A stretch of DNA of 53,090 nucleotides, counting the filler, from Sphacelaria rigidula (Eukaryota), in NCBI GenBank assembly GCA_964200075.2. It is 4 parts of 4 records of this genome, joined end to end, with 100 filler letters (N's around TTAATTAATTAA, not from the genome) between each part and the next. Parts side by side here need not be neighbours in the genome. Positions count along the whole stretch, not along the records: positions 39,895 to 53,090 come from CAXNAA020003075.1; 3 more parts are not named here. One strand, given 5' to 3'. Of the stretch, positions 47,494 to 53,090 are shown in pieces. Both the position numbers and the translations under genes were made by a program. Numbering within the stretch: the first letter of the stretch is position 1; every line of letters starts with the position of its first letter. The notes beneath the pieces were generated by a model. That model had not been told where the DNA came from, did no database searches, and worked only from the letters and a program-made list of their open reading frames with translations.

Positions 47494-48168
47494 GAACGGG
47501 ACACAAAAGGATTCGATTGTCTGCTGCTGTGGACACGGGTCGGATCTCCATTTTCAAAATAGCAAATAATCGGGTACAACATATCAACATATCCGACCCA
47601 ATACAGTGGTGATACACGATTGGAGGTTTGCAACGTGCAACACAAGCGTAAGCACAGGCGCCCTGATGCCAACCTTTAACGTCTCCATGGACTCATGTCA
47701 AGGAAGAGCAGTTCAAGTGGCGGACGCACACGATAAGGTCGGCATCATCACACAGCACAAGAAGAGCCCATCAAAAGGCATGAGGCAAGTTCGATAGGCA
47801 CCGAGAAAGTCAGGACAACCCAGGTACTGTTGGGTAAAGAGTACGTACTACTCAACGCCTTCGGGGGTAGTTCAGGTGTGCTGTACCGGACTGTAGATGG
47901 TCAAGTGTCTCCAAGCCTGCAACTTGAGGTCGATCTACCATTACAGGTACCAGAGTCTAGCCGATATGCGCAACAGAAAATCGCACACATTGAAGCGCTC
48001 TCGAAATACTGGCATTTGCACAGCTAGACAACACAACCACACAGCAGCTAATGGGTTTGTCTGGCCGCGCTCCCCGGACATGCTGATGAAGAAGAGGAGT
48101 AACTGTACCAATCATTATGCAGTACCCATGCGGTTGTTGCGATCCATGAATGAACGCAATGTACTCAC

Positions 48169-48240
48169 GTCGCCATCGTAGAGTGCCAGAGCGGCGTAGG
48201 AAGTGCAGAGCTCGTCGTGCTTGGCCTTAGAAATAGACAT
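48169..48240 (-). CDS. RPLP1: 60S acidic ribosomal protein P1, exon 1
   Basis: ATG at 48240; MSISKAKHDELCTSYAALALYDGD (P1 ELxxxYAALxLxD); donor GAC|gtgagt, phase 0. Full protein 122 aa. Confidence 0.95.
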
Positions 48241-50630
48241 GATGGCGTGCTGGGTGGCCCTAGAGAATCAATTTAAGCCTTGATTGGCAGAAACTCCAAA
48301 GACTGGCGGAGCAAGGTCGACCGTCCACACGATCAGCCATACTGTAGACTTCGCTGTAGTATTTTGGTCATAGTTTGGTGATGATCGGCATGTCTCTTGA
48401 AATCATTTTCCAATAATGCTCAACTTAACCCAGGTAGCTTGTAGTTGTAACCTTGTGTTTTGTGAACACTTTGGAAATTAATATGGCGTCTTCTATATCC
48501 ATGTATGCGTTTGGTTGAGATTTCATTATTATTCGATCATTCGGCTAGGTATTTGCGTGCTTTCACCTTTGTCCAGAATTTGAACTGTCAACCGCGGGTC
48601 TGAATATCAAAGTCTGGACAAACTTCTTGAGGCAACTTCTGCGGTATGATCGTGTCGTATGCGCAGCTTTGTCATGTAGATGTGCTGCTCAGCGTGCCGT
48701 GCACCCAAGTAAACCCGCGAAGATATCAAATTACGAGGCACTAGGATATCAGACTCTGGTGGAAAGAAGTCCGATACTCGTATTATCCTTCAGTCCAGAG
48801 AAAGGTGCGATCGACACCTCGCAAGTACGCAGGAGGCTTCCAAGATCTTGCGCGGCCGGGGTCAAACGAGCAGGTGCATTAAACACTGCAAGGTATAGGA
48901 AGAGCTGGATATCCATCTTGGTACCCGAGGCACAGATTTGTTTGAGGCAAGGAGAAAAAAAGCCTGTACCTGTGCTATATAGCTTGTTATATGCAGTGGT
49001 ATCAATTGCGAACTACTGTACGCTCCTGCTTGAGTATTTTGGTGTGCAAATAGAGGAGCATTATCAAGCCGGCTCGGTTGTACAATATCGACAGATCGAG
49101 AGCGTGAACTTCATCAACGGAATATACGAAGCCCAGAGAGACACAGGGCCCATTTTGACGAGCAATGACAACACCAGGGTCAACATCGAGCAGAATAGCA
49201 TCTTCTGCTAAGAGCGCTAGCGCTACAAATGCAACAAGGGCGGCTGTTGCAGGTATGGAGAGCTGCTTGGTGTCAGAAATGGTCAACGATGGGATCGTGG
49301 TAACGTCGTCTGTGGTCCTGATCGGATCCTTCTTTTGGGTGAGTACAGTACTGTGAGGGACTAGTCGATCTAAGAATCGGTGAAAATTCACTCCCAAGCC
49401 AAGGGTGCCCAAAGTGTTGAAATCAACACAACAAGACTCTTGAGGTTGACATTTAGTCCAGGCAGGGGGAGAGGGGGGGGTGATTACAAGCGAATGTGAG
49501 TCCCCTCTATAATAAAGACTCTCGATGAATTCTTCAGCACGCAGCTGGATACCACCCCCTTGCACGATAGAGGTTAAGAATAAGAGTAGCGGAACGAACC
49601 AGGGGTCAAATCGCAGTCTCGTGAGGGAGGGGTTCGTGGATTAATGGCAAAGGATTGCACCCCTCTCCCCCCTTCCCCCATCCGTCCCCAGCTCAAGGTC
49701 TAGCCCATGAAGATGGTGGTGCCCGAACACGCCAGTTCATCGTCAGTAGTTCCGCCGTTGGAGACCGGCGCAACTCGTCAAGTAGCCCCGTCGACAGCAA
49801 CAAACCGGGGTTGTCTGTCGTGCACATGCTGTCCAGCAGTTCCCACCCAATGGTATAATTCACGGTGGGCCATAATATGCCAAGTGTTTTTCGGTGCAGT
49901 ATTCGCGATGGTCTTTGATGGCAGGTTTAGTTCACAAAACCTTGAACTCCAAGACCCACTTCCATGGCAACGAATCTCGATTTTTTTGGAACCTCGATTT
50001 TGAAAAAACCGGGGGGACTCAAATTCGTGGACTGCAATTCGGGGTGACCATTTTATGGTACACACAGTACAGTATCACAGATTTGTGAAACGGTTCTGTA
50101 CACGGACGGCCATTTTTTGCATGAGTGTGATACTGCGTACTCGTGCATGAAGTCGAAGAGCAGGCAGGCGGTAAACAATCCTCCGAGTACACTGTCATAC
50201 CTTGATACCCTAGGGTAAGACAGTGCAGGACACTACACCAGTACAGTACATGATAATGCCGTGTGGTCGTACATGATGGCACAACCGGTATTGCGAGAAC
50301 AGCGAACAAATAGTGCGCGAGCAGAGTTCAGTAGTGCACTGCCGTACACCACCCCTCCAGTACAGCGACTACAGCTAGAAGAGTACAGTATTTTTCGTTT
50401 TAGTGATACATATGACAGCGCAGCGCAGCATGAACTATTACCATCGCCGGAGGGTGCGGCGTCAGCACTTATTATCCGCTTGCCAAATCCCGTGCGAAGT
50501 TGCTTCAGCAGCTGGGGCGGGCAGTAGGGACGCCCCGTCCTATCACGAGACTGTCTTCTGCTCTCGTTGCAAAAATATCAAACGCGTTGTACTCCAGCAA
50601 TGTACGTCAATGCACCTACGTCACCTCAAG

Positions 50631-50724
50631 AAAATCGGGAGGAGTCACGATCTCGGCACGATTTCCCCCGATTTTCTCGAAAAAATTGGGGTAAACTGTT
50701 CCGAGCTCGTGACCCCCCGATTTT
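50631..50724. repeat. ~94-bp imperfect inverted repeat within a TE-like region
   Basis: AAAATCGGGAGGAGTCACGATCTCGG ... CCGAGCTCGTGACCCCCCGATTTT. Confidence 0.75.
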
Positions 50725-52660
50725 TTCGCCCCCGATTTGGTCCAAATCCGTGTCCTTGAAATGCGTTCCCCGTTTTTTTTTTCCCCGATGCTCGAAAAGT
50801 CGAGTCTTGCCTGCCATAAAAGTGGGCCTAAGTGACCAAAAGTTGAAAATTATTCCCCCGATTTCAACCACCTCCTATGTGTCAAACAAAACAAAAACAT
50901 GTCGAAAACTGCCTTTTGGACCCTTCTCCGTCATTTTACACCCGAAAAGAGGGCTAGGCGCACATTGCCACCTTGGAATGACGTGCTCTACTCGCTGAGG
51001 CCGTTCCAGGGCAACTATACGTTTCCCGCTGGCCGCAGTTTTATCGTTGGTTAAACTTGCCTTTTCAATAACAAACGGTCGAATCGTAAGAGAAACTGGC
51101 CAGCTGTTGGTCACTTCGTGTGCTGCTGCTGTAGTGTGCTATGCCGTGCCGTGCTATGCCGTGCCTCGACTTTGCCTCGACTTTGCCTCGAGTTGCGTTT
51201 GCTGCAAACGAAACCGATTCAAGATGAGAAAAAATGATATATGTGTGCATGTACATTTTTTCACTTGGCCTTAGATTAGTCAAAATGATTCGAATGTCAG
51301 GCCGCGTGAACTCGTCGGTAGTAGTGCTCGTCGGCAACAACGCAGATAGATCGCAGAGTGGTCCGTTCTGCTATGTGCACCCACCAACACCTCCTGCTGC
51401 AGACGTCGTTTTTTTCACTAGGCAGGCGAAAAAGCAAGTTGTTTCATCCAAAAGCATGTGTATTGAGGATATGCACTGTACTGTCTGTATTCACGGCGTC
51501 CGTCGCTTGAGTTCAAGTAATCCAAAATCGGGATCTCTAGTTTGTTTTTCATTGGTCATGCCGATCTGTGTTTTTTTGCGTCTAATTTTCGGCATGATGT
51601 GTGATTCAGCTCGATCTCAAGAATCAAAGGGCGCAGTATGTTTGTTCCCAGGGAACGTGCATCTGAATGACCTTTCGTACGAGCGCGCGCGCTGCGGGCA
51701 TTTTTTTACCCTTGAATTGGTGAGCACTCACTGGTTCAACGAGATCGAATGTCTACTCTATATGAACAAAAGATATGATGTGTGGGGTGGTTCCCAACAT
51801 GACACGTTTGTCCATGAAGCAGATATTTTGACAGTCACCACTGGCTCAGAGGTCAAATATCTGCTCCGAGACATCGAATATATATTCTGGGTCGAGCCAG
51901 CCGTCTTAACATCAGAGGATCTCCGGAGCTACCCGCCTCTCGCGAGCCTCGCTGTTCACATTTTGAAGTTCCACTTCCAAACGACCATGGCTGACTCCGA
52001 CCCCATATACTTTCTCCATGAAGCAGACATTTGATCCGTTGAACACAGTATCCCATTTTCTGACAGCTGCCGAACTAACTGAATCCGTATGTAGCCTGCG
52101 GGCACTGTTTCGCTAGTCCGCCACATCTACGTAGATGCACCCCCCCTCTCCACTACTTTCCTCGGGCGCTCTATCGAACATTGTGGCAGTTTGTTCACAT
52201 GACATCATTTTTTGTATGTCCATGTGTGCGTGTGTTGTTTGTCTGCCTGCCTTTTTGCTGCTCTGTTGCCCCTCCCACTGGCGGTTATCCCCAAGGTGCC
52301 GGCGTGCTTATACTACATCTGGAGGAAGAAATGCAAGACACGCCGACGGAAAGCTTTGTTCTTGGGCTGCTTGTTGATAATTTTGACTGCTCCGCTGCCA
52401 GTCAATCGAAGGGTACCTAAGTACTCCTTGTGGAACAGGCAAGTCGTCGTGTTTGACCGTTGGGGCCACGTGAGCTGTGGCGGCGACGACGAGGGACGGG
52501 GGGGAGATGGAAGGAAGGTCCCGCGACTTACCCAAAGTTATTTAATCTACCATAAAAAATATGTTTCTTTTATTGTCGCACTTGTAACCTCTCTTGTTCC
52601 TCTGGACGAGCCCATGGTACCAAGGAATCCATCCATGATCCGGATATCCCCCGGTACATT

Positions 52661-52763
52661 AGCCTGGTCCGGCGAGCTGGTCCGGCGAGAACCCGACGTG
52701 CTCCGTCCTGGCTTTGTAGGGACGGACCCCCTGTGGGGTAGGGGTCGGTTGGCGATGACGCTG
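52661..52763 (+). repeat. Dispersed repeat family A, copy 3 (with internal 13-bp duplication CTGGTCCGGCGAG)
   Basis: Matches 13133-13200 and reverse complement of 9-56. Confidence 0.9.
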
Positions 52764-53090
52764 TAAAACATGCCACTCACTGCGTAACCTAGGCAACCAG
52801 GTCATCGATTTATTTTGAGCGCTTTCGTATTATTTTGCGGTAACTATGATGGTAGTCGAGCTAGATCATGTTGTGCGGCGTGGGAGAACCTCAACTCCGC
52901 ACAATGGGGATGGTCGTTCCACGTAGTGTTTAAATGGTGAGGCACCCATGAGGCAGTGTATGAGCCGTGGCTGTCTCAGGAAGTGGCAATACCAGAGAAT
53001 AAAGCAACTCATTGTAGGCTGTCATCCATGCAAGATAATCACTAGGCTTTGGGTCGAAGAATCATAGCAGGATGCAGCTCACCCTTCATG

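Noticed and set aside
41228-48168. Intronic C/D snoRNAs in RPLP1
   Set aside because: Several minus-strand TGATGA boxes were seen, but none with a suitably spaced CTGA and terminal stem by eye; snoscan/Infernal was not run.
48627-49565. Overlapping 194- and 187-aa ORFs; DFNTLGTLG faintly like a non-LTR endonuclease end
   Set aside because: Single weak motif with no supporting RT or zinc-knuckle sequence.

Overview
Eukaryotic, intron- and repeat-rich DNA, most likely a brown alga (Phaeophyceae). This is inferred from long GT-AG introns, the repeat landscape and a stramenopile-type P1 C-terminus. The window is not one locus. It is four contigs (1-13200, 13301-26497, 26598-39794, 39895-53090; lengths 13200/13197/13197/13196) joined by 100-nt N44-TTAATTAATTAA-N44 spacers. 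Genes rebuilt by hand from splice sites and phases: (1) two large 3' exons of a CSPP1/CCDC66-like coiled-coil protein (minus) and a terminal exon of an unknown gene (plus); (2) the last four exons of a probable MAP kinase with a long polyQ/S tail (minus); (3) internal exons of TMCO1 (plus); (4) a complete 3-exon RPLP1 (minus). The rest is non-autonomous mobile DNA: tRNA-derived SINEs, stacked LINE-like 3' tails, several long foldback/MITE palindromes and a TIR element with an internal ~40-bp array. The most unusual item is a ~410-bp TRIM-like mini-LTR element (36496-36905) whose core carries a tRNA-like segment ending in CCA that folds back on an adjacent TGG-initiated complement. Most ORFs in the six-frame track look spurious. 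All calls are by eye; no searches were run.
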